The notes beneath the pieces were generated by a model that made no database searches, was not told the DNA's origin, and saw only the letters and a program-made list of their open reading frames with translations. A stretch of DNA of 64,000 nucleotides. It comes from Macrostomum hystrix (Eukaryota > Animalia > Platyhelminthes). A program made the translations under genes and the position numbers. The stretch lies in contig CATNEN010000038.1 of the NCBI GenBank assembly GCA_950097015.1, positions 3,782,001 through 3,846,000 of the forward strand, read 5' to 3'. Shown one piece after another: positions 46,463-60,600 of the stretch (position 1 is its first letter; each line of letters opens with the position of its first letter).

Positions 46463-47004
46463 CGCTAAAACTAAGATTTCGTTTTTTTCATCAAGGAGCG
46501 AAGTGTTTCTGGCTGAGATAAGAAGCCAGTAAGTCTATATTCTAATCTTAAATCCCAACTCGGAGGATTGCAAGAATCCCAAACTGGGAAGAAAAACTCG
46601 CAGAAAGACTGAAACCCGAATGTTGAACTTTTGGTGGGATTAATAGGCCAACTGGAAGGTCTGGAAGCTCGTAATACATGATATACTACTAGTGTACATG
46701 ATAATAGCAATTTAGGTGACAAAAATTTGCTGGCTTTAATAAAAAATTTGACAAATTGGAGAATCCTGCGTGCTGCCATGGTGAGGAGGGCTACATTAGC
46801 TAGTCTCAATTACTATAGATATTGAAAAAATTCAAGGGCATAAGGGCGCTTAAAAAGATTCTTTGTAGAAAAAATGTTCTAATTTTAATAAATGTTTTTT
46901 TCCAGAGCGTTGAATGTAACTTTTCCTTATTGCTGCGCCATTTTATCAATTGCAAATTAAATTAAAATCAGACAAACCAATTATTAAACATAAAGTCTAT
47001 ATGT

Positions 47005-47346
47005 TAATGGCACTGGGTTGTGGGCAATGGCGCATCATTTGGTGACACTAGACCGGCAGCCTTCGAGGGGGCAATTCTGTCCGTTTCTCTGACTCCTGAG
47101 CACCCTCAGATACCGTATGTAGGCATGCGCTCACACAGGCGTGTACATCTGCCCAACTTTATCGTCAGGCAGTGTACAATTTCACTGTGCCTTGGAGGTT
47201 AGGCCTCAATGGCGTCAATTGCACGACAAGTCCACAAGCCTTCTCTCCGTGGCTGCGCTCCAAATTAATGTGGCCTCGCCGCGGAATCGAGCACAGGGGC
47301 CTTGGTGCGAGAGGCAAACGCGCTAGACCGCTCTGCTACTCACCCG
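47005..47346 (-). mobile_element. SINE family A copy, near full-length
   Basis: Reverse-complement match to head and body. Confidence 0.85.
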
Positions 47347-47634
47347 CGAATGTTAAGTTATAATTACAAGCGAAAATGCTAAGCTATATACTTATCGACG
47401 TTAGTAGTATAAATGGGATAAGCGTGAAATTTAAAAGTGAATGTACAAGCCCTTAAATGTGTCATAGAAATGACGCAATTTCAAAACATTGCTTAGCATG
47501 ATGCAACGTTAAAAGTTATACTTATAGAAGTATATATAAACATGACACCACATGTCAAACCAAGACGCCACAGCAGCCTAGAGAGCTTGCTCAACCAGTA
47601 CGGACTTCCCAGGATGGGTCTGATGTCAAAAATT

Positions 47635-48557
47635 GGGATCTGGTAGAGAGATCTAATATTTGGATCTGGAACGTAGATATAAAATTGGGATCTGGCACTG
47701 GGATCTAACATTGGGATCTGGCACAGGGATCTGACATTGGGATCTGGAACTGGGATATCTAACATTGGGATCTGGCACAAGGATCTGACATTGGGATCTG
47801 GCACTGGGATCTGACATTGGGATCTGGCACAGAGATCTAACATTAGGATCTGGCACAGGGATCGACTATTGGGGTCAGGCATTGGGATCTAAGACTGGGA
47901 ACTGGCACTGGGATCTACCATTGGGGTCAGGCACTGGGATCTAACATTGGGATCTGACACAGGGATCTACCATTGGGGTCAGGCACTGGGATCTAACATT
48001 GGGATCTGGCACTGGGATCTACCATTGGGGTCAGGCACTGGGATCTAACATTGGGATCTGGCACTGGGATCTAACATTGGGATCTGGCACTGGGATCTAC
48101 CATTGGGGTCAGCACTGGGATCTAACATTGGGGTCAGGCACTGGGATCTACCATTGGGATCTGGCACTGGGATCTAACATTGGGATCTGGCACTGGGATC
48201 TACCATTGGGGTCAGCACTGGGATCTAACATTGGGGTCAGGCACTGGGATCTACCATTTTGGTCAGCACTGGGATCTACCATTGGGGTCAGGCACTGGGA
48301 TTTAAGACTGGGATCTGGCACTGGGATCTAGCATTGGGATCTGGCTCTGGGATCTAAGACTGGGATCTGGCACTGGGATCTAACATTTTGGTCAGCACTG
48401 GATCTAACATTGGGGTCTGGCACTGGGATCTAAAATTTTGGTCAGCACTGGATCTACCATTGGGGTCTGGCACTGGGATCTACCATGGGGGTCAGCACTG
48501 GGATCTACCATTGGGGTCAGCACTGGGATCTACTATTGGGGCTGAGCACAGGGATCT
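47635..48557. repeat. Composite GGGATCT minisatellite (ACATTGGGATCTGGCACTGGGATCT)
   Basis: Tandem array of ~26-bp units; related degenerate array at 57230-57545. Confidence 0.95.
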
Positions 48558-48907
48558 AAAAAATGTAGTCTCGAGAACAGCAAGATTTCGAAATGAGTTT
48601 TCATTGTTTATATAACACGCACGCAAGCAAGTGTATTTCAGTTTATTGGAAAATCAGGTGTTTAGCACAAACTGAATCCGCGAAATGAACCGGATGTGCA
48701 AAACCGGTAAACAGGGAGGCAGCAGGTGGGATGTTACTGGAACATTGGGGGACTGCTAAGCAGAGTTAGGCCTGGCGAGTTTAGAAAAGTTTCGTATTTT
48801 TCTCTCACGGTGAAAGAGACTGCGTTTCAGAAATGTCATTTACACAGGACGAACAGGAAACACATGTAAAAATCAACTTGAAGCGCTGATAAGTTCCACA
48901 GTGGCAG

Positions 48908-49386
48908 CTACGCCCAGTCATCCTCCAGGGCCAGCTTCTGTCTGTCCAGCTGCCTGATCCGGCGCCGCATCTCTCGCTTGAGCAGCAGATACTTGAGCTG
49001 GATCGAGTCGCGGTACTCGGACTCCTCGCGTTGAAGGATCTGCAGGAAGTTGCTCAGCTCCGGAACGGAGAAGGCTGACCACTGGAGTGGCATTGGGGAT
49101 GACATGGTTCTGCCTCAAAAGCTGGCCTTAGACTCGGTTGCTTGTAAGACTGTCCTGTCTGACTGCCTGTCCGTCTGTCTGCCTACCTGCCTGTCTGTCT
49201 GTCTGTCTGTCTACCTGCCTGTCTGTCTGTCTGTCTGTCTGTCTACCTGTCTGTCTGTCTGTCTACCTGCCTGTCTGTCTGTCTGTCTACCTGTTTGTCT
49301 GTCTGTCTACCTGCCTGCCTGCCTGCCTGCCTACCTGTCTGTCTGTCTGTCTGTCTGTCTGCCTATCTGTCTGTCTGTCTGTCTAC

Positions 49387-49420
<34 letters not shown>

Positions 49421-49451
49421 ACCTGCCTGCCTGCCTGCCTGCCTGCCTACC

Positions 49452-49532
<81 letters not shown>

Positions 49533-49547
49533 GACTGACTGCCTGCC

Positions 49548-49585
<38 letters not shown>

Positions 49586-51203
49586 ACTGTCTGATCAATA
49601 ATGAAAGCATTCCAGCAAGCAAGCACTCACATTGACCAGTCCGGAGTCGTTCTCCTGCAGCACAATCTTCTTTCGCTCGAAGACAGACTTGCCAGCCTCA
49701 TCGAAGGAGGGACTGGTTGGCTCCCCAGAGGGAATGCCGTGAAGCCACGACAGCACCAGCGCCAGCGGGCTCTCGGTGGGGTGCAGCCGACGGAAGGTCA
49801 CTGGGGAGCAGAATGGGTTAGGGGGGGATTTATTTGCATTCCAGAACAATCTATATATAAATAAAGAAAATAATAGACTAGGATAGTGCAGCATAGAGCA
49901 AGGATGAACAATAATATAATAATAATTGCAGGAGGGCTGCGGGCAATGGCTCATAATTTGGTGACACTGGACCCGCAGCCAGCGAGGATGCAATTCTGCC
50001 CGTATCGCTGACACACACGCACACAGATACTGTACGAGCGTCGCAGGCACAAGCTCAAAACAGGTATGTACATCTGCCCTAACCGCTCTGCAACTTATCA
50101 GGATAAACCCTGGATCTCACTACGAGTCTAGGATAGTAGATAATCTCACTCCCAGACTAGGATAGTAGATAACCTCACTCCCAGACTAGGATAGTAGATA
50201 ACCTCACTCCCAGACTAGGATAGTAGATAACCTCACTCCCAGACTAGGATAGTAGATAATCTCACTCCCATACTTGAATAGTAGATAATCTCACTCCCAG
50301 ACTAGGATAGTAGATAACCTCACTCCCAGACTAGGATAGTAGATAACCTCACTCCCAGACTAGGATAGTAGATAACCTCACTCCCAGACTAGGATAGTAG
50401 ATAATCTCACTCCCATACTTGAATAGTAGATAATCTCACTCCCAGACTAGGATAGTAGATAATCTCACTCCCAGACTAGGATAGTAGATAATCTCACTCC
50501 CAGACTAGGATAGTAGATAACCTCACTCCCAGACTAGGATAGTAGATAATCTCACTCCCTGACTAGGATAGAGATAATCTCACTCCCAGACTAGGATAGT
50601 AGACAATCTCACTCCCAGACTAGGATAGTAGATAACCTCACTCCAATATGATAACTGTTTCTTAGCCAACTCACCAGACTTGTCCCCTTCAATGGAGTGC
50701 TCGTACAGGGCGAATTTGTAGGCCTGCTCCTTGACCTGGAGCGCATTCAGCAGGGCCTGCACCACCTCCTGGCTGCGGACGGCGCTGGTCAGCTGGAGCA
50801 GTCGGGAGTGGCCGCGAGGCACTAGCTGCGGCAGCTCGGTGCGGCCCATCCGAATCGGCCGGATGAGGTTGACGTGCACACGAACACGGCCGCTGAACTG
50901 CCTGGTGGCCGGGTTGAGCCGCGCCGCGGCGCCGCGAAGCCGGCTGAGCTGGCGAATCCTTTCAAGGAGCTCCGCGTCCGACCAGGCGGCGATGACGGTC
51001 TCCGATGGTGGCCGTTGAATTTCGCGAACTCGAATGCCGAAGGTGCGAATGGTCGGCCTGTCCCAGGTGTTGAAGTCGTACTGAAGCTGCGATCGGATCA
51101 GGCTGAAGTCTGAGCCAGCGCCGGCTGCAGACACGCTCGTGAGGTCCGAGGCCTGGGGAGTCCGGGTGGTTGGGCTGGTTGGCGGGCACTTGGAGACAGA
51201 CAT

Positions 51204-51234
<31 letters not shown>

Positions 51235-51237
51235 GCC

Positions 51238-51274
<37 letters not shown>

Positions 51275-51571
51275 GCCAGACAGACAGACAGACAGACAGA
51301 CAAACTGAGAATCGAAAGCCAACCTCAGACGCAGCTCCATCGCAGTCGTCGCTGCCTTCAGCCGCTGCTGCCGCAGCAGAAGCTCCGTTTTCATCATCCA
51401 GCGAGGCGGGCACCTCTTCATCGCCGTCAAGAGTCGACGAGGAGGAACGATCGTCTGAGGAATGATGCTGTTGATGCTGCTGCTGCTGCTGATTGCTTCG
51501 CCGAAGTCTGCAGTGCCGACTGCCTCCGTCGTTGTTGTCATCGTCGCTGTCAGACTGTGGTAGAAGGACCA

Positions 51572-51603
<32 letters not shown>

Positions 51604-54600
51604 GAGGAGCGGCGAGGTCGCTCGATAACGGTGATAACGCTATTCAATGTGCTGCGGCTTTTCATAGAAGCATCGGCCAAGTCAGCCGTCTCAGCAGACT
51701 CATCAGCGTCGTCTCGCTGCGTCGTCTTTGTTGGGGTGGCGTCCTGAGGATCGCGGTGTTGAGTCCATAGATTAGATCCCGAAATTCAGACTCCCGATCG
51801 AATATTTAGATCCCATTGCTGGAGGAGCCATTCCCAAGGTACAGTGTGCAGGGCACAGGGAAGATATACATCCCGTGTGGGTGTGCCTGGCCTACGGTAG
51901 ATGTGCCCACAGCAAATATTCATGAACCTAAATTGCAATCAAATATCATAACTCGTTCGAACTCCAAAACCTCTGCGAAAAATCTGGCTAAGTTTAGCGC
52001 ATGTATCTACCCACTGCGTTTCAATTAAAACACTGACCTCTCACTGCCTTAAAGATCTGGAGGGTAGAGAGAGCTCAGGAAGGGTAGAAAGAGAGCTAGA
52101 AAGAGTTCAGGGAGGGTAGAAAGAGAGCTAGAAAGAGTTCAGGGAGGGTAGAAAGAGAGCTAGAAAGAGTTCAGGGAGGGTAGAAAGAGAGCTAGAAAGA
52201 GTTCAGGGAGGGTAGAAAGAGAGCTAGAAAGAGTTCAGGGAGGGTAGAAAGAGAGCTAGAAAGAGTTCAGGGAGGGTAGAAAAAGAGCTAGAAAGAGCTC
52301 AGGAAGGATAAAAATACATTAAGGGAGAGTTGATTAATAGAGGTAATTCATTTGAAATCCAAACTGGTATCTACTGAGGTGGGCTCGCAAAGGCCAACAG
52401 TGAAATCGCTAACTTTAACGCATGCATATAAAGCCAAACGAATGGCCTCATTTAGCCACTAGCAACTGATCAGTTGATCAATAGTTTTCAAACAAGGAAA
52501 GCTTGACATATTTAACTGCACCACTTCCGCTAACTTTCAGAATAAACTATGAACAAATAATTACCCATTGGTCTGTGTTTGTAATCGTGTATAAGTTATT
52601 TTAGGACATCGAAATAAACTTTAGACTGGCAACTAGACTAATGCATTCAGCGGTTCAGAAATTAAACACTTTCGCAGTCACTGTGTGTGTATAGCATGCT
52701 TTAGACAAACTCACATAATAGCTACATGTTGCCAGCCGGAAAAAAAATAATAATCAGATTGATTTACTGAATCTGGATGATAAGTTAGCTCAGGGAAATA
52801 TATAATTATATTGGGAGCAAGATAGACTATCGAAATTTTGAGTTCGGTAAAGCAAATTATTGAATCTGATTGTGTTTGCTGAGCAACAATAGAAATGCTT
52901 TGGGGAGGGCAGAGTCTTAGAATGGAATAATGACTTTAGGGAGGGTAGAGAGAGTCTTAGAATGGAATAATGACTTTAGGGAGGGTAGAGAGAGTCTTAG
53001 AATGGAATAATGACTTTAGGGAGGGTAGAGAGAGAGTTTTAGAATGGAATAATGACTTTAGGGAGGGTAGAGAGAGAGTCTTAGAATGGAATAATGACTT
53101 TAGGGAGGGTAGAGAGAGAGTCTTAGAATGGAATAATGACTTTAGGGAGGGTAGAGAGAGAGTCTTAGAATGGAATAATGACTTTAGGGAGGGTAGAGAG
53201 AGAGAGTTTTAGAATGGAATAATGACTTTAGGGAGGGTAGAGAGAGAGTTTTAGAATGGAATAATGACTTTAGGGAGGGTAGAGAGAGAGTCTTAGAATG
53301 GAATAATGACTTTCGGGAGGGTAGAGAGAGAGTCTTAGAATGGAATAATGACTTTCGGGAGGGTAGAGAGAGTCTTAGAATGGAATAATGACTTTAGGGA
53401 GGGTAGAGAGAGAGTCTTAGAATGGAATAATGACTTTAGGGAGGGTAGAGAGAGAGTCTTAGAATGGAATAATGACTTTCGGGAGGGTAGAGAGAGTCTT
53501 AGAATGGAATAATTACTTTAGGGAGGGTAGAGAGAGAGTCTTAGAATGGAATAACGACTTTAGGGAGGGTAGAGAGAGAGAGAGAGAGATCAGGAAGGGT
53601 AGAATACTTTAGGGAGGGTAGAGAGAGAGTTCAGGAAGGGTAGAATACTTTAGGGAGGGTAGAAAGAGAGTTCAGGAAGGGTAGAATACTTTAGGGAGGG
53701 TAGAGAGAGAGAGTTCAGGAAGGGTAGAAAGACTTTAGGGAGGGCAGAGAGAGAGAGTTCAGGAAGGGTAGAAAGACTTTAGGGAGGGTAGAAAGAGAGT
53801 TCAGGAAGGGTAGAAAGACTTTAGGGAGGGCAGAGAGAGAGTTCAGAAAGGGTAGAGAGACTTTAGGGAGGGCAGAGAGAAAGAGAGTTCAGGAAGGGTA
53901 GAAAGACTTTAGGGAGGGCAGAGAGAAAGAGAGTTCAGGAAGGGTAGAAAGACTTTAGGGAGGGCAGAGAGTGTACTAAAGAATGACTACAGAAAGTCAA
54001 GAAAAGCACAGCACACTGTATGACGTGATTAAGCTGAACAAAACCTGTGAGTCTGCAGAAGAGTCGGTGGAAAGCAGCCGACTGAGAGCAAAATAAAAAC
54101 GCGCAATTGTTGGCAAGCAAAAGAAACAGCGGAATTTAGCAGAGTGAAATCTGAGCCCAAAAGCCTCAGAGCCCGCTTGCTGCGCCATTCGTTAACAGAA
54201 ATACGAAGAAATTCGTATTCCTTCTGGCAGTTAAAGTTAACATTTCTGCGAAGAAACTTATGAGTTAGTAATAGAATAACTAGGGACTCCCATTTGGCCT
54301 AGACTGAGTATTTCTTGGGAGCAGAGCCCCAGTGCTAAAACAATTACAATACAGTTCACTATATTGGCTAGCTAGACAAAACACAACTAATAACTAGACA
54401 GAAAATCAATTATTCTCAATTAGCTAAAGCTGACCAGTAAAAAAATGAGCAAAAAACAAGATTTGCTGCTGCCATTTTAATAGATATAGTCGCTTTAGCT
54501 CATGCTTTAACACAGATACTAGTTACTCTTCCCTGTGTCCTCATCTACATCTTAACTGTCTCCGGGTCTCATCAACCATGTCTCTTCTGTATTTTATCTC

Positions 54601-57600
54601 CCTTGTCTAAAATATCTCCCCAGTGGCATCTCTCTCCTGTCTCATATCTCTCCTGTCTCATCTCTCTAACGTCTCATATCTCTTCTGTCTCATCTCTCTA
54701 CCGTCTAATCTCTCTCCTGTCTCCTCTATCTACTGTCTCATCTCTCCCCTGTCTCCTCTCTCCCCTGTCTCATCTCTCTCCTATCTCCTCTCTCTCCTGT
54801 CTCCTCTCTCCCCTGTCTCATCTCTCTCGTGTCTCATCTTTCTCCTGTCTTATCTCTCCCATGTCTCATCTCTCCCCTGTCTCATCTCTCCTGTCTCATC
54901 TCTCCCCTGTCTCCTCTCCCCTGTCTCATCAATCTCCTGTCACATTTATCTCCTGTCTCATATCTTTCCTGCCTCCTCTCTCCCCTGTCTCATCTCTCTC
55001 CTATCTCCTCTCTCTCCTGTCTCATCTCTCCCCTGTCTCATCTCTCTCCTGTCTCCTCTCTCCCCTGTCTCATCTCTCTCGTGTCTCATCTTTCTCCTGT
55101 CTTATCTCTCCCATGTCTCATCTCTCCCCTGTCTCATCTCTCCTGTCTCATCTCTCCCCTGTCTCCTCTCCCCTGTCTCATCTCTCCTGTCTCATCTCTC
55201 CCCTGTCTCCTCTCCCCTGTCTCATCAATCTCCTGTCACATTTATCTCCTGTCTCAAATCTTTCCTGCCTCCTCTCTCCCCTGTCTCATCTCTCTCCTAT
55301 CTCCTCTCTCTCCTGTCTCATCTCTCTCCTGTCTCCTCTCTCCCCTGTCTCATCTCTCTCGTGTCTCATCTTTCTCCTGTCTTATCTCTCCCATGTCTCA
55401 TCTCTCCCCTGTCTCATCTCTCCTGTCTCATCTCTCCCCTGTCTCCTCTCCCCTGTCTCATCAATCTCCTGTCACATTTATCTCCTGTCTCATATCTTTC
55501 CTGCCTCATCTCTCCCCTGTCTCATCTCCCCCTTGTCTCATCTCTCGCCTGTCTCATATCTCCCCTGTCTTATCTCTCTCCCGTCTGATCTCCCTCTCGA
55601 TCTCTTTCCCGTTTCATCTCTCTCCTGTCTCATCTCTCTGCTGTCTAATCTTATTTGCTGTCATGCTTGGTTTCGTCAAATCTCTTTGGCCCTTGATAGT
55701 AATAGAAGGTTGCCTTGCGCCGATCCGGTCTAGAGCTTGTGTTGCAAGCCTGTAAGCAAGTGGAGCATGCCGCATTCTCTTCAGCTACTAAGCCTGTTTA
55801 AACTTCTACCGCCAATGACTGCTCAGTTTTCATTTGCCCTAGTGGCCGAGTCGAGTTGCCAGCGTGGCTTGATGAGTCACATGACTCACTGCCGTGTTGG
55901 GTGAGAATGAGTAGGTGCAGGCAGACAGACACCCAGACGGGACTGTCACTACAGGCTTCCACTTAGTAACTGGTGAGACAGAGAGAGCTCTTAAATCATA
56001 CGAGTCTAACGAGTTTTAAGTTTAAGCTTCACATTTGTTAGGTATAATTTATCATTCCACACACTGACGGACTAGTACTGGACACAGTTTATTGATAGAG
56101 AATATATTCAGCTGTCGCCATTATTCTCATCTATATAATCCTAAAATGCCAATCCAGAACTTTCCCAAACGCAGATCGAACAATTTCCGAATCCAAATAT
56201 CAGGGGGTCGGTGGCAGAGTGGTTAACGCGTTTGCCTCTCGCACCAAGGTCCCTGAGCTCGATTCCACGGGCGAGGCCACATTTATTTAGAGGCGCAGCC
56301 GCGGAGTGAAAGCTTGGGGGCTTGTCGTGCAATTTACGCCCTTGAGGGCCAACCTCCAATGAGTAAGTCAGGGCAGGTGTACACAGTATAGGGTGCGTAC
56401 GTACTTAGGATTCAGCGAAATGGGCTGATAAAGCTGCGGGTCTAGCGTCACCAAATGATGTGCCATTGCCCGCAACCCTCCAGTAATAATTACTATTATT
56501 AATATATCCAAATATAAAGTTATACACACAAAATATTTTAATCCCAAAAGAAACTAAAAACCCGATTCTTATCTCAATGCCAACCATTTTCGAATTTGAA
56601 ATCAAACATTCTCAAATCCTGATACGGACACAATAATCCAAATCCTAATATCAGGCGTGTTTCAAATCTCAATCCCAACCCTTTCCAAATCCCAAAAAAA
56701 GGATTCCCAAAAGCACAACACAATCATTAGCTACTAGCCAATGAACGCAACTCAGTATTCTGATTACAACCATCAAGCAGACCTTATCGGGTGTGCAGCC
56801 GCGGAACTCCGGGGACATCTCTGAGTCGGTGAAGCTGCCGCTATCGTTCTTGAACTTGGTGAACTCGGCCAGGTGCGGCTGCTGATGATGCTGAGGATGC
56901 AGCGGCTGATGAGGCTGGCTGGAATGCTGGGCGAGCTGCTGCTCATCGCTTATTGAAATTCGTCTGTGCTGCGGAGAGCCGGACGATGCTGCGATGGAGA
57001 ATGGTGACGGGATGAATAATGGCGACCCTCTGCACGAATTCTGACACATCGAAATCAACAAACTGCGAAGCTTTAAAAACCGCTACTTTAATGACACATT
57101 TCTAAATTGCAGTTTTCCTGTATTCAAATCTTATCACTACTCAGTATTGCTAGAAAAAAAACAATGGAATACTAACTCCCACGCAGCAAATGCCAATTAA
57201 CGTTAGTTAGCTAGCTAATAGATTAAGCTTTGTAGATCCCAGATCCCCATTCGAACTGTTGAGATCCCAAATCGTAGATCGAAGCTGCTAAGATCCCAAA
57301 TCCCAATTTGAACCTGTTCTGATCCCAAATCCCGGGCAATTCGAAGCATTTCAATCGTAAATTCACTAAAAACCTTTCCAGACAAAAGATCCCAACTCTG
57401 AATCCCCATTTGAGGCTGTGCTGATCCCAAATCCCAAATCCCAAATCGAACCTGTTCAAATTCTAAATCTCAGTTCATATCGCAAATAGAAGTTTTTTCA
57501 GATCCAAAATCCCAACTCGAAGCTGTTCAGATCCCAATTTAGAATCCTAAAATTATTAGCTACAAGCGTGAGCCATGACTAATACAGAAGATCTCGCAGC

Positions 57601-60600
57601 TCGATGGATGGGATGGGAGCAATCTGCCCAGGGTGCAATAGATTTGCACTTAGTTCGACCTCGATCTGCCCGCCGCCCGCAGACTGACTAGCCGCTAGTT
57701 TGGTTAGTGTGTCTAGAGAGGAAAAACTGAAAAATGTGCGGAAGCTAGCGGCTTTGGGACTGGGGTTGATCGGGATTACTAGATGCGGCCCGGAGGCTGG
57801 GTAAGGGATGGGGAAGATTCATGGGCAAGAGGGATTAGTTTTCGATGAAGTGTGCACTGTCGGTCAGTAAGAACGGTGGGGAGAGCTTTAAACTACATAC
57901 TAGAGACGTACCGAACTTATGTACACTGAGCTATGGCCCAAAATGAGCAGCTGCTGAGGATATTCGGCCACGGCTATGTAAGTGAAATTAGTCTATTCCC
58001 TTATTCAATAATTGTCCACTAACCTAGCTACGCCAGCAAGAATTGTACGATACATTGAGCATGGTGTGAAAACTATGAGAAATCTAAACAGGTATTTTGT
58101 TATTGACAGCATTGCGCCAGTGAACATTTCACCATTCAGCGCGTTATGCGATTACAATATTTAAATTTAGCTTAGCAACTAAATCGGACCTGTGACAACT
58201 CTTTACATTAGTACTGCGCTGCATTTTCACGATTTCAACGACAGGATTTAAATTTAGACATTTGTTGGTACTGAAATATAGCATATTACATTTACGTCAC
58301 GTTTTTACAAAGCAAGGGTTTCTAAGTAAGGTAAACGGCAGGAGTAACTATACTACTAGATACATATCTAAATACCTCGGCATCTAATTGCCCTCGTAGA
58401 TAATAACGTCTATTACTGGCGCTGTAAATTGGTGCACTTTTGCTCACGGGTGCTCACCTTCAAAAGCAGCCCGATTGCAGCGCACCAAATCAATGGACGC
58501 GCACGAAGAATTCAAAGTTGAACCGTTCGAAGATGGCAGACTGGACGCCCCGGAGTCAGACTCATCGTCCGGCAATTCGCAGTTGACGTGGCCATACAGT
58601 TTAAGACTGTCCGCCGGGTAGAAATAGTTGCCCTCGTCTCTGGACTCAGCCCTAGTGCTGGGCAGCTTGATGCGAGAACTGCGTCTAGAATTGTTAGCCG
58701 CGCTCATTCTTTTCAAATCGCAGCAATTGTAGGGATAGCGGTCCTGATAAGCGAATGGATCTGCTGCTCCGGCTGAGTCGGCAGCTGCATCGACTGCTGC
58801 TGCTGCGCCTTCGAAGCTGGTTGAAAATGTCGACGATTGCGACTGCGTCCGCGACTTGCCGCAGAATCTGCCGGTGCTACTTGGACGCGAGCCTTGCGCT
58901 AATTGTGAAAAACTGCGCCGCAAAGCAACACAGTCGGATTGTTCGGACTCTTCCTGTCTCTGCTCGGCCTGTTTAACCTTGGCGGACTTATTTGGCTGCG
59001 CTGCGGCGTGCAAATGAAAATCACTGCGACAGTTATCGCCAGTTGTTGATACGGAGCAGGAGACGCTAGCACTGGTGTTTAATAAGCCTGCGCTCCGCTT
59101 GTAATTGTAGCACGAGGTGGCACCGCTAGTGGGACACTTTTTCCGTACAGACGGCTGGTGAAGTGATATGAACAAAAATGGGTTGGAATTGGAAAGGTGG
59201 CTTTGAAAACTGCGTGCGGGAAAGAGGTTGAGGACTGGTAAGGGACACCCCCGCACCCTGTTCAAAGTCTGAGCGCGGATTCGCCCGGGCCGGTCGATAT
59301 CACACCCGCACCCCGAGAATGTACATATATCTTTCCGGGGTCTGCCGGGGCTTGAGTGTTCACCCTCTTTGTTCTTCTCTCTCTCCCCTCAGCTGATGAT
59401 TTTACCCACCCTCGTATGCTAGCGAAGCTAGTTTAGACCCGGCCCTAACCGAGGCAGAAAGAGCGAGTGAGTCATCTGGGAAATCTCGTACGAGCGTTAC
59501 GAGCGTTGGTTGGGGTCCGATTTCTTCTCTTGCCTACCCTTCCTACATTCTCATAACCCCCTGCATAGATTAAAGTTTAAATCCACTTTATTAATTTTGA
59601 CCTATCAGTGGCTGTTATATAATATGGGTTTTATAGTGTAATTCATCTACAAGTATTGCTTGTACTTATACGCATTTCTTTGCTCTGAAAGTTTCTAGAC
59701 TATTGATCAAAGTACGAGTACAAGATGCATTCCACCACAGAATCTGGGCATTCCACTGCTTCAAATGCATAGCTTCGGCAACATGCTTAGTCGCGACAAA
59801 AGGCCACATTTATTTGAAATTTACGAAATTATTCGTAATTTGCAATCTTCCTCTGCTAATATATCCTGCTGAGAAATAGCAACGTTTATAGGTGTCTTTA
59901 TTGGCACCACCTCTGATCTGATACAATTTCAGTGACTTAAGGGCCGCTGCCCGCTACCTCTTGACTTGTCTTACTTGACTTAGCTGCAGGGTGGTACGAA
60001 CAGTCAGCAGGGAAAGTTACCTCTGGTCCTTCAGTGTAAATGACGAGTATGATAATTTAATAATAATAATAATTGCAGGAGGGCTGTGGGCAATGGCACA
60101 TCATTTTGGTGACACTAGACCCGCATCCAGCTAGCAGGCAACTCTGCCATTTCGCTGACTCCTGGGCGTAATTGCACGACGAGCCCCCAAGCCTTCTCTC
60201 CCCAAATAAAAGTGGCCTCGCCGCGGAATCGAGCTCAGAGACCTTGGTGCAACAGGCAAACGCGTTAGCCGCTCTGCCACCGAGCCCCTGAATTACGAGT
60301 ATGGTCGCTACCTAACTCTGGTCCTTCAGTGTGAACTGTGAACTTGGGGTTGCTACCTCTGGTCCTTCAGTGTGAACTGTGAATTTGGGGTTGCTACCTC
60401 TGGTCCTTTAGGGAATTAGTGTCGCTACCTCTGGTCATTCAGGTAATTAGTGTCACTACCTCTGGTCCTTCAGGTAATTAGAGTCGCTACCTCTGGTCCT
60501 TCAGGGAATTAGTGTCGCTACCTCTGGTCTTTCACGGAATTAGTATCGCTACCTCTGGTCTTTCATGGAATTAGTGTCGCTACCTCTGGTCTTTCAGGGA

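Noticed and set aside
45541-46521. 326-aa ORF with an Arg-rich C-terminus
   Set aside because: It reads through the 82-nt intron 45884-45965; the spliced frame is the Gly-rich one.
54603-55755. 300+ aa S/L/P/C-rich ORFs (also 5814-6530, 26829-27425, 40510-41083, 42563-42996, 47999-48615, 49050-49635)
   Set aside because: Open in several frames only because the repeat units lack stop codons.
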